A stretch of 64,000 bases of DNA, taken from Cycas panzhihuaensis (Eukaryota; Plantae; Cycadophyta). Location of the stretch: positions 231,329,741 to 231,393,740 of the forward strand of contig CM041465.1 in assembly GCA_023213395.1 (NCBI GenBank), read 5' to 3'. How positions within the stretch are numbered: position 1 is the first letter of the stretch; each line of letters begins with the position of its first letter. The translations under genes and the position numbers were made by a program. Positions 13,351 through 25,654 of this stretch are shown one piece after another. Under the pieces are notes generated by a model. It was given only the letters and a program-made list of their open reading frames with translations, was not told where the DNA came from and searched no databases.

Positions 13351-15252
13351 ATCTAGAATTATAATAAAATATGACATAAAAATAAGGATGTGATTCAATA
13401 AACATTAAATAACTCCATCTAAATAATAATTTTAATGATAAATGGGTTCTCAAGAGCCTAAAATGAGCTTATATAATAATTTATATATTTTACACCCCCC
13501 ACCTTCCCCCCTAATTTAGAGTATATTGTATCAATAAAAATCATATCAAATGAATTTAGACCTTTAGAAATGAATGAAAGTACCTAAAAATGATAAAAAA
13601 ATCATTAAAAATATAAGTTTTAAAAAACTCTTTTAACTTTGGGCTAAGTTTTCTCCTTCAAATTAGTTCTAAATTCTATCAAGTAACCTGCCAAATTGAA
13701 GATCTCTAAGTTATAATTCTAATGCAACTAATGGAATTAAAATTGGAGTCTGTGTACTTAAGCTATAGGCACAAAACTAAAGGTGGCTCCCTTGAGGGCT
13801 TAAAAAAGGAGTTTAGCCCCTTTTGCACTAAGCTAGTAGTCGCATGCAGTCTCTATATGACCAGGGGCTAATTGTAGGGTTTAGCATGGATTTAAAAAAT
13901 CATTTAATTTGATTACATTAATTTTTGACTTCATAAAAAAATAAAATTTACTTTTATAAATTTTCATATCCACACCCAATAAATTTTAAAAAATAACTCA
14001 TTTTAATTTAATTTCATTTAAAAAAAATATTTTTTTAATGTAATTAAAAAATTTTGACCCTATTAGGGTTTTATAATTTACGTGATGGTGATTGACATGC
14101 TATGTATCTATGCAAATGCCTTTATCCGTGGGATTTTCCACGTGATCTATGATTATATATATGTCATTGATGGTTGCATCTTTATGGGTTTACCTCTCTT
14201 TGGTTGCCATGTGATTTATAAGGATTCATAATTAGTGGATAGTTTTGATGTAAACTCCCCCAATTTTTAATGTTTATGTGAGTTTTCTTTGAGTGTCATC
14301 TTCTCTTAGGGGCTCTATATCTAAGGTTCTTCTCATTGCTCAATCTACTTTTCTATGTGGCGATGAGCTTTACAATTGCATTTATCATCTTAAGGTCATC
14401 TCGACTATCTCTTCTATTTTATAAGTTTGGGGGAAGCTTCAATAGATATATACCCATATATATTTCATCCTCTATGGTGTAATTATCCTCTTCTAACTTT
14501 AGATGTGTTATGATTACATGCCATTATTGGCTATGGTTACCTAAGTCTAGGTTGTTTCTTCATATACTTCACTTGACGTTTAGCACTTGTTGTGAGCTTG
14601 TCTACTTTTACACATAACTAACATTCTCTTACATCCATATTTTCACAATAACACTTCAAAGGTTTTCATGTAGTATGTTAGCATACATCTTCTATTTTAA
14701 ACTAGCCATGCATAATTTTATAGATAACAACTCATAAAGGAGCTCTACTAGCACATACAAAGGATAATATATCAACCCTAAAATATTATTGTTATATGTT
14801 CTCCCCCTCTTTTTCTTAACATAAACCCTATAGGGTTTAACAAAAACTATTACAATACATATATGTTTGGTAGAAAGAATATAGCTTCAAACAACCATTA
14901 AAGACACCCATTTTTTAATATTTTTTTCTTACATAAATAGCTATAAAATAAACTTTTAAAAAAATTTGATAGCCTTCTTATGGCTTCAAGGATAATAACA
15001 AATCCTAGTTATAAGACACCTATAAAGACTTCTCGAATGAGGCTTAAAAATTACCATAATCATCTATTTTTCTTTATTTTTTTGATAGCAAAGTGGTTGT
15101 CTCTATAGGTGATTAGGCCTATATAAGCAATTGATTTGCTTATTTTCTAAAATAGAAATAGTAACTTCAAATATATATTTTTGTAACCTTTAAATCAGAA
15201 CCTTCATACTTAAAATTAGGCCCACATGCATTAAAACATTGGTCATAAAAAC

Positions 15253-15255
<3 letters not shown>

Positions 15256-15306
<51 letters not shown>
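15256..15306. repeat. (TA)n microsatellite in TE5
   Basis: About 25 TA units; no such tract at the homologous TE4 position (~24460). Confidence 0.95.
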
Positions 15307-15309
<3 letters not shown>

Positions 15310-15692
15310 AAACTTTGCCATTTCTACCTTGAAAACCTCCTTTTTGCAGCTTCAAATAATTTTCTAAGATATCTACAAAATAACTTCATAACAACCTTTA
15401 ACATGGCTAAATATATAATAAAACAACCTTAAAAAATTTAAAATAGTGATTAAAAATAGCCCATAATTTGGTATAAAAATTCCTAAATAATATAAGCCTC
15501 AAAAACTTAAAAAACATCTTTGAATAACAACAAATCATGTCATTAAATATGCACTAAAATAGGTTCCTTAACAACATTTAAAAAATCCTATAATAATAGC
15601 AAAATATAGACTCAAAAAAACTATCCTCAAGGATTTGAACCCTGGGCTATGATACCGTATTAGAATTGGAATGTGAAGCTCTGACACTGCTA

Positions 15693-16027
15693 TGTTGAAA
15701 TAAGGTAGAAGCATCTAATATGGACCCAATAATAAACATGGAATGGTAAGTAAAAAATGAAATAATAAAGTATAATAAGGATAATGTATATACAAATGAA
15801 CATAAAGAATGGTGGAAGAATGGCCAAACTTCAAATTAGGTAAAAGATGATGTACATACTTATAATACAACTCACCACATATGTGAGAACCCTAAAATGT
15901 CAACTATTGTATGTTGTCACATATTTCTATGTGGCATAAAACTCAAAGTGACCTACAATATAAAATATAATAATATACGAGAGAGTGTGAATAAGGTCAT
16001 TCATATAATTAGATATTACATCCAATA
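15693..16027 (-). repeat. TE5 5' LTR
   Basis: Direct repeat of 12530-12864. Confidence 0.9.
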
Positions 16028-16760
16028 AATAATCAATGCCATAATGTCCCAGGGTTAGGGTTTCATTAAAAAAACTGCTCCCTTCTTTGTAATGTAGGTT
16101 GGGTTATAGGTACATGGTGTAATAGGATTTCTATATGTGATGCTACTCATCTTCTCCTCTATTTAGCATTCAGCTTCATACCATGTCTAATTTATGAAGT
16201 ACCTATGTGGTTCTGTGTTGACTAACTATCACTAATAAATTAAAAGTTTGATGTAGGGTATTCCTTACTTATTGTTCACTTACTCGAGGGGGGCGTTCAT
16301 GGTTGCTTCTCTTATTTTTATGTAGGGATTTTATCATATTCATCTTTAGAGAGCAAGCCATCATCTAACTTAGGCAAAATTCAACACAATTATTAAGAGC
16401 CTCACATGAGTATGACTAGCCCAATGTTAACATAGTATTGAGTTCTCTTAGTTATGTCTCTCTTGGAGATCTCGTTCTTTTCTACCATGTTAGGTGTCAA
16501 CCATTTCCTCCTATCTTCATAAGTGCCTAGATTGTTTTGATCCTTTGTATTCCTCTTATAATCTATGCCTTTTTCGATTACTTTATTTGTATTAGTTCTT
16601 TCTATGCTAGTAGGAGGCTTTTTTTATGTCTATGTGTATGTGACCATGGTGTGCTCTACATTTCATAGGGACTTCTTCTCTCTCTATGATCCCTACATTA
16701 TTTCTGATGAGCCTTCTTTATTCTTTCATCTTAAGAAGAGCTTTTTATAGTAGGTTACCT

Positions 16761-17053
16761 TGTTGGAATAATGCCCATATTGGAGTGATTACCCACCTTG
16801 ATGAGATTACCCATATTGGGGCAATAGCCCAAATCATAGGAGATACCTTAGTGGCATGTTATTAGGCATTTGTTAATGCCAGGTAGTGGTGGACCTTGAG
16901 AAGTGTGCCAAATCCTCTCAGTCCCACCTAAATCTTTAGAGGGTTTGAAAACCCTATTGTTCATCAATACCACCATCCTCATAGATTGTTGGTCATCTCT
17001 TCTTGATTATATTTTATTCCTCTTCTTTGCCCTTTTGTCCTCTGATTCCATCA
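16761..17053 (+). repeat. TE6 5' LTR
   Basis: tgttggaataatgccc...ttccatca; matches 23543-23835. Confidence 0.92.
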
Positions 17054-19428
17054 TCTGGTATTAGAGCCATTATACTCATGTAGTGACCATCGATCTAAGT
17101 AATTGTGGCATGTATAATAGTCTCTCATCAACAAAATTTATATGCATACATATTACTTTTTTCTATTATTGCATTTGGATTATGTCTACATTCATTTAAT
17201 ACCAAGGTCTATGGAGGGGGCAATTTGCATCTATGTTTGGATGATCATGTGTTTATTGATATCTTTATGTCTAATGTATATTTCCATTCCATTGATTCAT
17301 ATCGATTCATATATTTTTATTCACGCATTCTCTCTCACCTATAAAAAGGGAGCTATCCCTATAGAGGTACTTATTATAATCGAGGAGGTGAGATTTTTTT
17401 TTGTGTCACTATGAATCACGTTTATATTAAGAGAAGTTTTCTAGTCTAGTTTGTATGAATATCACTCCCACATATACCCATCTTCTTATTTGGTTAACAT
17501 CATCATTTATAGCTATATCATTATGGATTGCCATCACCTATTTGCCTTCTAGCTCTTTGGAATCACATATTGGTCTCCTGCTTTAGTCGTAGCCTATTGA
17601 AGCCACTTTGCTGATAACATTCCTTTCCATTTTCCTGAAATGATCTATTTAAATTTTTTTGAATCTGAATATCTTACTAGTGCTATCTAATCTTGGCATT
17701 CTCTTGCTAAATAAAGCCTCTAAATATCAAATCCTTATACCTTACCTTAAGATCTAAAAGTCCAAAACTATGGAGTCATTGGTGCACAAGGGATGTTACA
17801 ATTTCTTATTTTTTACTATCATTTCTTACTAAAAAGAATATCTTCAAAAGTCACTTTAGGTGTTGAGTCATTTTCAATCATAGTCTTACTCATATCTATG
17901 TCTACATCTATGCCCTCACCCATATTACATATTTATATCGCTCGATGTGATAGTAATTTGTGGCATTTTAAATTTATATTTTGTATGGATATTTTTTTGG
18001 TTTTTATATTGATTTTTTACTGTGTGGATATGTACAAGTCACTATGTATATTTATATGTGTCTTTCTCCTCATCCACAACTATATGTTTACACCTTGTTT
18101 CCTTCCATTCATTTGTTACTTTTGTCTATTGATTACTTTGATTAATTCGTCATCTAATCTTCTCAATCTTAGCCCTAGCAATAATGCCTTCTTCTTAGGA
18201 GATTTGCACTTTACTTGTCTTCTCATTACCTTAGTGGGAGGATGCACAAATATTTATTATGAAGTATCATTCCTATCCATGACCATTATCCACCACATAG
18301 TCTCATTTGGCTATGTAGTTAGTGTTCATAAGACTATTCGAATCCCTTCGAGCAAAGTCGCCCTCTCTGATGGACTTATGATTGCCATGCTATCTATGAC
18401 CACTATAGTATCGTTAAAACAATCAAGAAGAGGCTATTTGGAATAGTCCATGCTAGAGAATAAAGAATCAAGCCACTAAACACTATTGGTACCTATGTGA
18501 TAGCCATCACATTGTTATCAATTATTAATATTTGGCTAAGGAGACTAGTATCTTGCATGCCCTTATTAGAGCATTCTCAAGATGTTATTTTGGTTCTCTA
18601 ACTTTGATCAAATATTTATGCTAAAGACTAAAAATTTAAATTTTTTTATTCTATGTTTTTTAATGCCTAGTAGCCCCTTCCTCACATAGGTTGTAGGTCA
18701 CATAATAGAGTCAAATGACCAAAAAGTATAGTTTTAAAAAGGGCTAATCCTTTTTCACAGAGGTTATTTCAAATCAAGCACCTATTTCTACTTCAACAAA
18801 GATATCTGGCACTAATAAGGCCTATTTTTAGATTTGTTAAATCCAAAATGTTCTCTATTTCCACCTGAACAAAATAAGTGGTCACATAATTATGTTAGGT
18901 TTGCATCCGAAAGTTTTTCTAATGATTGAAAATTGATGAAATATTTCTTTATAGTTCATGTGCTAAAGGGCTCTTTATCCCTCTTGACCTCTTTGTACTT
19001 TTAAAAGAATAACTTAGTCATAAAAAGTTAGAATTAAGTGTCGTTTGAAGTGTTTAGTTCGTATTTTGATCCTCTATTGAGCGAATGATCTTTTAATATC
19101 TTTTGAAGTCATTTGATGTAATATTTTTATAATCAAAGTTGATGCTAATTTATGGGATTCCTACGAGTTAACCCTTGAATAAATCTAGTAAAACTTCAGC
19201 TTGCAATCACTATTAATATAAAATTCTTACTTTAGAGGAGGTTAAATCCTAATTAAGACACTTTTACATGTCTTAAAATTAAAGGGGGATAAGTTTTACT
19301 TGTGTTTTTCTAGTGCCTTTATTGCCTTATTTAAGTGCATTTTAGCATTTTATTTAAGCATTTTACTTTTTTAAAGTAATTTATTTTAAGGCGATCTCTT
19401 CATCATAGCCTCAAGCATAAGTAACATA

Positions 19429-22400
19429 ATGGTGCCAAAATTTAATAATACTAACTTTTTGAATTAAAGTTACAAGATAAAACTTATTTTTATGTTAAAA
19501 TATATGTGGGACTTGATTAAAACAGGTTATCAAGCACTTAATGCTAATGTTACTGAAGCCTAAAAAGAGACTTATAAGGAGAATTAAAAGTGAGAAAATG
19601 AGACCTTGGCATTCATCTTCTATATATTAGAGGATCACATTTTTCCAAGGGTCAGTGAGTTAACTACATCAAAGGAAGCATGGGATGCTTTGAAGACCAC
19701 CTACGAAGGAGTTGCTATATTAAAACTCTAAACATTGAGGAGTAAGTTTGAGAACTATAGGATAAATAATAATGAAGAAGTAAAAGACTTCATAACTAAA
19801 ATACAAGGCCTAGTTAACTAAATGAGGACCTTAAGCAAAATCATTAATGAACAAAGGTGGTAGAGAAGATATTAAGATGTGTTAGTGATATTAAAAGGTT
19901 TGAAATAGTTGTAATAATATTAAGGTTTCAAAAGACCGAACTACCCTCAAAATTGATCAACTAAGTATAATGTTACTTGCTATTGAAAAGAAAAAGTGGG
20001 GAGTAAATTTTTAAACATGCATTTACCACTAAGGCAAAGATTAGGCCTATATTTTAAGGCTAAAGTTATAGGGAAAGAGGATAATTTACTAAAGCAAGAG
20101 GTCAAAACCTTAGGAATCAAAATTTATTTTATCTAAGACAAGGTCAAAGTCAATATCATCACGGATAAAATCAATTTCATCAAGGATAAGATCAAGGACA
20201 AAGACATTACTTTTAAGGCCAATTTGATCAAGGCTAAAGACAAGTTTTTGGTGCTCAAGGAAGAGGTAAAGGATAAAGTCCAAGGGGTAGGAACTAAGGA
20301 TAAAGAGGAAGAAGCCCTAAAGATAGAGGAACAATATAATGTTCCTACTACCATAGAAGTGAACATTTATAAGTAAATTATTTTACAAAAAGGTCCAATA
20401 TACAAAAAGGAATAGTTAATACAATAGTTGAATAAAGGAAAAATAAGAGACTCTTTCCATCAAGTTTAATAACAAATGAAGAAGAAGATGGTTTGTATAT
20501 TAAATGAGGATGCTCTACCCACATGATACATAAAGAAGAATAATTCAGGGAGTTGGACAATAACAAAAGAAGTAAAATCATATTTGGAGACAATACCACT
20601 CAAGCTATAATTGGCAAAGGGAATCCAACTATCCAAATAGACTTTGGAAAAATAAGGTGTATCAATGATGTACTCCATGTCTCTACACTTGAGAAAAAAA
20701 TATTATTAGTGGGATAAATGATGGAGTAACAATGCATGGTGATCTTTGATAATACTGGGTATATCATTAAGGATAAACTAAGGAATAAAACAATAGTTAC
20801 TAAGGGCCAAATGGCTAGTGATAGTTTATTTAAACTAGTCATTCCCCTAACTGATTAATATGCGTTGAAGGCATCAACTAATATAGATGGTGAAACTCAG
20901 AATAAAAGACTTGGCCATATGAATTATAACAGTTTGGCATTAATGAAGAATATAAAAATAGTAATAGGTCTACCAAATATTGAACATGGCAAGGAAGTGT
21001 GTGAATGGTGTATACTAGGTAAATAATAATAGGAAGGATTCCCTAATGATAGTTATAAGGTAAATGGGCCTCTTGATCTAGTGTATATAGATCTATATAG
21101 ACCAATGTATGTGTCTTTATTTAGAGGAGCCAAGTATTTCATAGCTTTCATTGATGATTTTATAAGGATGACTTGGGTTTATTTTCTCAAATATAAGTCA
21201 GATGCACTCCAATGCTTTATTATCTTTAAAAATATAATTGAAAAATATAGTAGACATAAGATATTGACTCTAAGATCAGATAATGGGGGAGAATTCATTT
21301 TAAATAAATTCAAAGGTTATTACAAATATTTTAGGATAAGAAAACAACTTATAAATCTCTACACTCCTCAATAAAATAGGGTTATAAAAAGAAAGAATAG
21401 GATAATTATTAAAATTGCTAAAAGCCTACTTAAGGATAAGTATCTTGGTAATGAATATTAGATAGAAACTATATATATAATTATTTATTTATTAAATAAA
21501 TGTACAACCAAAGCAGTGAGATGGGTTACACTTGAAGAAGCTTAGATAAGTTATAAACCAAGCATTAAACACTTAAGAATTTTTTGGTACATAGCTTATG
21601 CATATGTTCTAGAGCAAAGAAGAATAAAATTGAATGACAAAAGTATCAAGTGTATATTTATAAGATATAATAACTCATCAAGATCTTATAAATTATATAA
21701 TCCCAAATGTAAAAGAATTATTATAAGTAGGGATGTCATCTTCAAGGAAGATGAATTCTATCAAGAGGAAATTACTAAAAAGGATAAAGGAAAAAATATT
21801 ATCATTAAAGTGGACTCTAACTCAAGTGCTACAAATGTACCAAATAAAAGTAAAGTAGGAACATCTACTTCAAGTCAAAGGATTCTAAAATGGGTACAAA
21901 GGGCTCATAATCCTCAAAACATCTTAGATGCTAATTTTAAAAGAAGAACAACAAGATCTCAAAGGGTAAACTTTGCACTTATGACTTAAGTTATAGAGTC
22001 AAATGATCCTTAAAACTTTGAAGAGGTAAACAATTAAGATCAATGGAAAAATACAATGAAAGAAGAGCATAATGCCTTAGTGAAAAATGATATATGGGAG
22101 CTAGTCGATTTGCTACATAGAAAGAATACCATTGGGACAAAATGGGTCTATAAGACTAAGTATAAATCAAATGGGTCCATTGATAAATACAAGATAAGAT
22201 TAGTTACAAAAGGTTATGTTTAAATTAAAGGCATAGATTATAATGAAACATTTGCACCTCTTACAAGATTAGAAATAGTCAGATTAATCATGGCCTTAAT
22301 TGCATAACAAGGTTGGATAATCCATCAAATGCATGTAAAAAGTGTCTTCTTGAATGGCTATGCAGATGAGGAGATCTATATGCAACAACCTAAGGGTTTT

Positions 22401-23535
22401 GACGTAAAGGCAAAAGAAGACAAGGTCTATAAACTCAACAAAGCCTTGTATGGACTCAAACAGGCACCTCACGTATGGTACTCCAAGATTGCTATATATT
22501 TTAAGGATAAAGGATTCTTAAGAAGCTAATTAGACTCCAATTTATATATAAAATTAAAAGGAAGCTCAATACTAATTATGGGCTTATATATAGATGATAT
22601 AGTATATATTAGGAATTACGATTACTTATCCCAAAAATTCAAAAAAGATATATGCAAAGAGTTTGAAATAATAGACTTGGGACTTATGCATTATTTTTTA
22701 GGTATTAAAGTATGGTATGATAAAAATGGGATATTATATCTCAAAGGAAATACATATTAGATATATTGCATAAATTTAATATAGATAGTTGTAAGCCAGT
22801 TGCAACACCAATAGAGGTTGGGTTAAAATTGTCTAAGTTTAAGGATTCTAAATTAGTTGGTCCTATACTTTACAAGTAGTTAATTAGGAGCCTTATTTAC
22901 TTAACTTCAACTTGACTAAACATTATGTAGTCAATGTGGTTTCTAGGTTTATACATAAGCTTAAGGTGAAACATTAGTAGTTAGCTAAAAGGATTCTCGA
23001 GTATCTCAGAGGTACTATTAGGTATGGTTTGCATCATATGTCATTAAGGGATTACAAATTGATTGGTTATACAGACTTAGACTGGGTAGTTTATATAGAT
23101 GATAGGAAAACTACTTTAGGGTATGTATTCAGTTTAGGTTCAGTAGTAGTAGCTTGGAGTTTAAAGAAGTAGGCAATAGTATCTCTTTGTGCTATAGAAA
23201 TAAAATATAAAGTAGATGTAGTAGGAGCTTGTGAGATAATTTAGCTTAAGAGTTTACTACAGGATTTGCAGGAAGAATAGGTTAGTCCCACATAGTTGTT
23301 TTATGATAATTAAAGTATAATTTAGATGATTAAGAATCCAATGTTTCATGGTAGAATAAAATACATTGAAATACAACATCACTTCATCAAAAAGTTAGTG
23401 CAACAAGGTGAATTAGAATTGGTCTATTACAACACTAAAGAACAGGTGGCAGACATTTTCATAAAGGCACTTGGCAAAATAAAGTTTATCAAATTTAGAG
23501 ATAAACTTAGAGTCTCCCCAAATGGGCATTATTAA
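19429..23535 (+). pseudogene. TE6 gag-pol remnant (gag, protease, integrase, RT, RNase H)
   Basis: Integrase FIDDFIRMTWVYFLK and LRSDNGGEF; [19 protein letters not shown] and LYIDD; RNase H NPMFHGRIKYIEIQHHFI. Copia domain order. Confidence 0.93.
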
Positions 23536-23542
23536 GGATAAA

Positions 23543-23835
23543 TATCGGAATAATGCTCACATTGGGATAATTATCCACCTTGGAGAGATTACCCACATTA
23601 GGGCAATAACCCAAATTATCAAAGATATCTTGGCGACATATTATGAGATGTTTGTCAACACCAGGTGATGGTAGACCTTAAGAGGTGTGCCAAATCCTCT
23701 TGCTCCCGCCTATATCTTTAGGAGGACTGAAGATCCTAGTGTTTATCAACACTACCATCCTCACAGATTATTGGTCATCTCTTCTTGCTTATATTTCATT
23801 CCTCTTCTTTGCTCTTTTGTCCTGTAATTCTATCA
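23543..23835 (+). repeat. TE6 3' LTR
   Basis: Direct repeat of 16761-17053. Confidence 0.92.
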
Positions 23836-23897
23836 TGTCTTAAATGACCACCAACCACCCTGTTATGTAGATTAAGAGTATACATTTTTTTTTTATG

Positions 23898-23900
<3 letters not shown>

Positions 23901-23929
<29 letters not shown>
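23901..23929. repeat. (TA)n microsatellite in TE4
   Basis: About 14 TA units. Confidence 0.95.
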
Positions 23930-23931
<2 letters not shown>

Positions 23932-24813
23932 TCTTCTTTTTTCTAGATATACATCTATTTTTATTTGTATATTAATTGCATTCTTATATTCTAAATCAAA
24001 ACCCTTTCAAGTTTATAATGACATCATATAACTCATATTTTTAACACATTTCATATAATTGATTCAAGAGTTGGAGGTATTAATAACTGCAAACAACATA
24101 GAGATATAACCTCTAAAAATATCATATATATATTTCTTTATTTTTATTTTTATTTATTTTAATTACATGCAATAAATTTTTGATGGGTTTCTTATGGCCC
24201 TAAATTTAGCAGTAGATATTAATTATGGGATATTTGCAAAGGTGTCTAAAATGATGCATAAATAACTATAATAAAACTCTTTCCTTTCTTTTTTTTATTA
24301 GCAATTTGGTTACATCTACAGGGTGGTCAGTCCTATAGTTGTGGTTGATTTGCTCCATTTTTTATAATAAGAAATAACTTCAAACTATTATTTTCTTGTG
24401 ACCTTTAAACAAAACTTGCATGCTTGAAAATAAGCCCATATGCAGTATAAAACTAGTCATAAAATAATATAAATTAACTCTCAAAAAATCTGCCTTAATC
24501 TCTATCATAAAATTCTTCTATTATAGCTTCAAAAACATGCCTTTCAATTACTTAAATATAGCTTCAAAGTTGCACTTTAAAACTTCAAAATAGTAATGAA
24601 AATTAACAATGAATCAACCTATAAATATTTATAAAAATATAGCCCTCAAATAGCTTGAAAATAACTCTTCAAATGGACTAATCAAGTCACTAAAAATAAG
24701 CACTAAACAAGTTCCTAAAAGCATTAAAAAATTATATAAATAATAGAAATAATAGGATTTAAAAGATGACAAGTAATAGGCTCAAAATCAATTATCTAAG
24801 TATTGAAACTTAG

Positions 24814-24858
24814 GCTTTGATACCACTACGCTAGAATTTGAATGGAGCTTTTATACCA
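24814..24858 (-). promoter_or_regulatory. Tandem tRNA-iMet primer-binding sites of TE4
   Basis: gctttgatacca (24814-24825) and gcttttatacca (24847-24858), 33 bp apart. Confidence 0.8.
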
Positions 24859-24861
24859 CTA

Positions 24862-25206
24862 TATTAGAAAAAGATGTGAAGCTATGACAATGGGACCCAA
24901 CATTAGACTAATAATGAATAAATGAGGTAAGTATAAAGTAATGAAATAAAGCCTAAGATAGATAAAGCATATATAAGAATGAGAATAAAAATGGTGAATG
25001 AATGGACAAACTTTAAATCACAAAAATGATGATGTACATACTTATACAACAACTCACCATGTGTAAGAACCCTCAAAGATCAACCACTGATTATTGTCAC
25101 GCATTCCAAGGTGGCACACAAATCAAGGTGACCAACAATATAAAATACAATAATATATAAGAGAGTGTGATTAGGATTTGGATGTAATTAAATATTAGAT
25201 CCAATA
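24862..25206 (-). repeat. TE4 5' LTR
   Basis: Direct repeat of 11041-11385. Confidence 0.9.
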
Positions 25207-25344
25207 ACTAATCACAAAGAGGCATTTATATAATAAGTTTTGAATCAATACATTGATAGGTGGACACACTCATAATCTTACAACCTAACCGAGGTCAAAA
25301 TAGGCTTAAACTAGGGCTCTGATAAACCTAGCTCTAATACCACT

Positions 25345-25654
25345 TATTAGAAATAAATGTGTAATATAAGTCTAAACCCTAAGACTATGAAATATAAAGC
25401 CATACATGGTGAAAAAATATGTATAAATATATAACATAATGTACTTATGGGAAATGATCACTTTCAAATTATATTATAATAAACTAATATATATTTATAG
25501 TACACATCATCATATAATTATCTAATCCCAATCTAAGTGTTGCTTGGTCAAATAATAACCTCTTACATAGAGAAGTATGCATACTATGACCTCCTAATAC
25601 ACATCAAAAGAGAAATTATATTAATTTAATATTCCATAGGTTAATATTATGCAA
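25345..25654 (-). repeat. TE2 5' LTR (terminal CA and TSD apparently deleted)
   Basis: Direct repeat of 2380-2703, adjacent to the PBS. Confidence 0.86.

Larger units (their letters stand above)
12530..16027 (-). mobile_element. TE5: non-autonomous LTR element of the TE4 family, inserted into TE4
   Basis: LTRs 12530-12864 and 15693-16027. Perfect TSD aataa (12525-12529, 16028-16032). PPT tttcccactat at 12865. PBS-like copies at 15646 and 15678. Confidence 0.92.
16761..23835 (+). mobile_element. TE6: Ty1/Copia LTR retrotransposon (Ivana/Ale-like) with long 5' leader
   Basis: LTRs 16761-17053 and 23543-23835. PBS tggtattagagc 17056-17067. Degraded TSD tacct/tgtct. Confidence 0.92.
11041..25206 (-). 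mobile_element. TE4: non-autonomous (LARD-like) LTR element, host of TE5 and TE6
   Basis: LTRs 11041-11385 and 24862-25206. PPT ttcccccctat at 11386. Two PBS copies (24814, 24847). Flanks share acta. Internal region is non-coding and homologous to TE5. Confidence 0.88.
2380..25654 (-). mobile_element. TE2: non-autonomous Copia-like LTR element (about 2 kb of own internal sequence), host of TE3 and TE4
   Basis: LTRs 2380-2703 and 25345-25654. PBS gctctaatacca 25331-25342. PPT ttcgccctttaat at 2704. The empty site is visible in the TE1 3' LTR (ggttattatccaacttttagatag, ~55502-55525). No intact coding region. Confidence 0.85.

Noticed and set aside
11041-16027. Cassandra-type TRIM with 5S rRNA in the LTRs
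   Set aside because: No 5S A/C-box similarity seen in the LTRs.
17793-18446. 217-aa hydrophobic ORF as an env-like or membrane protein
   Set aside because: The F/L/I/S composition follows from T-richness, there is no recognisable motif, and it lies upstream of gag rather than after pol.
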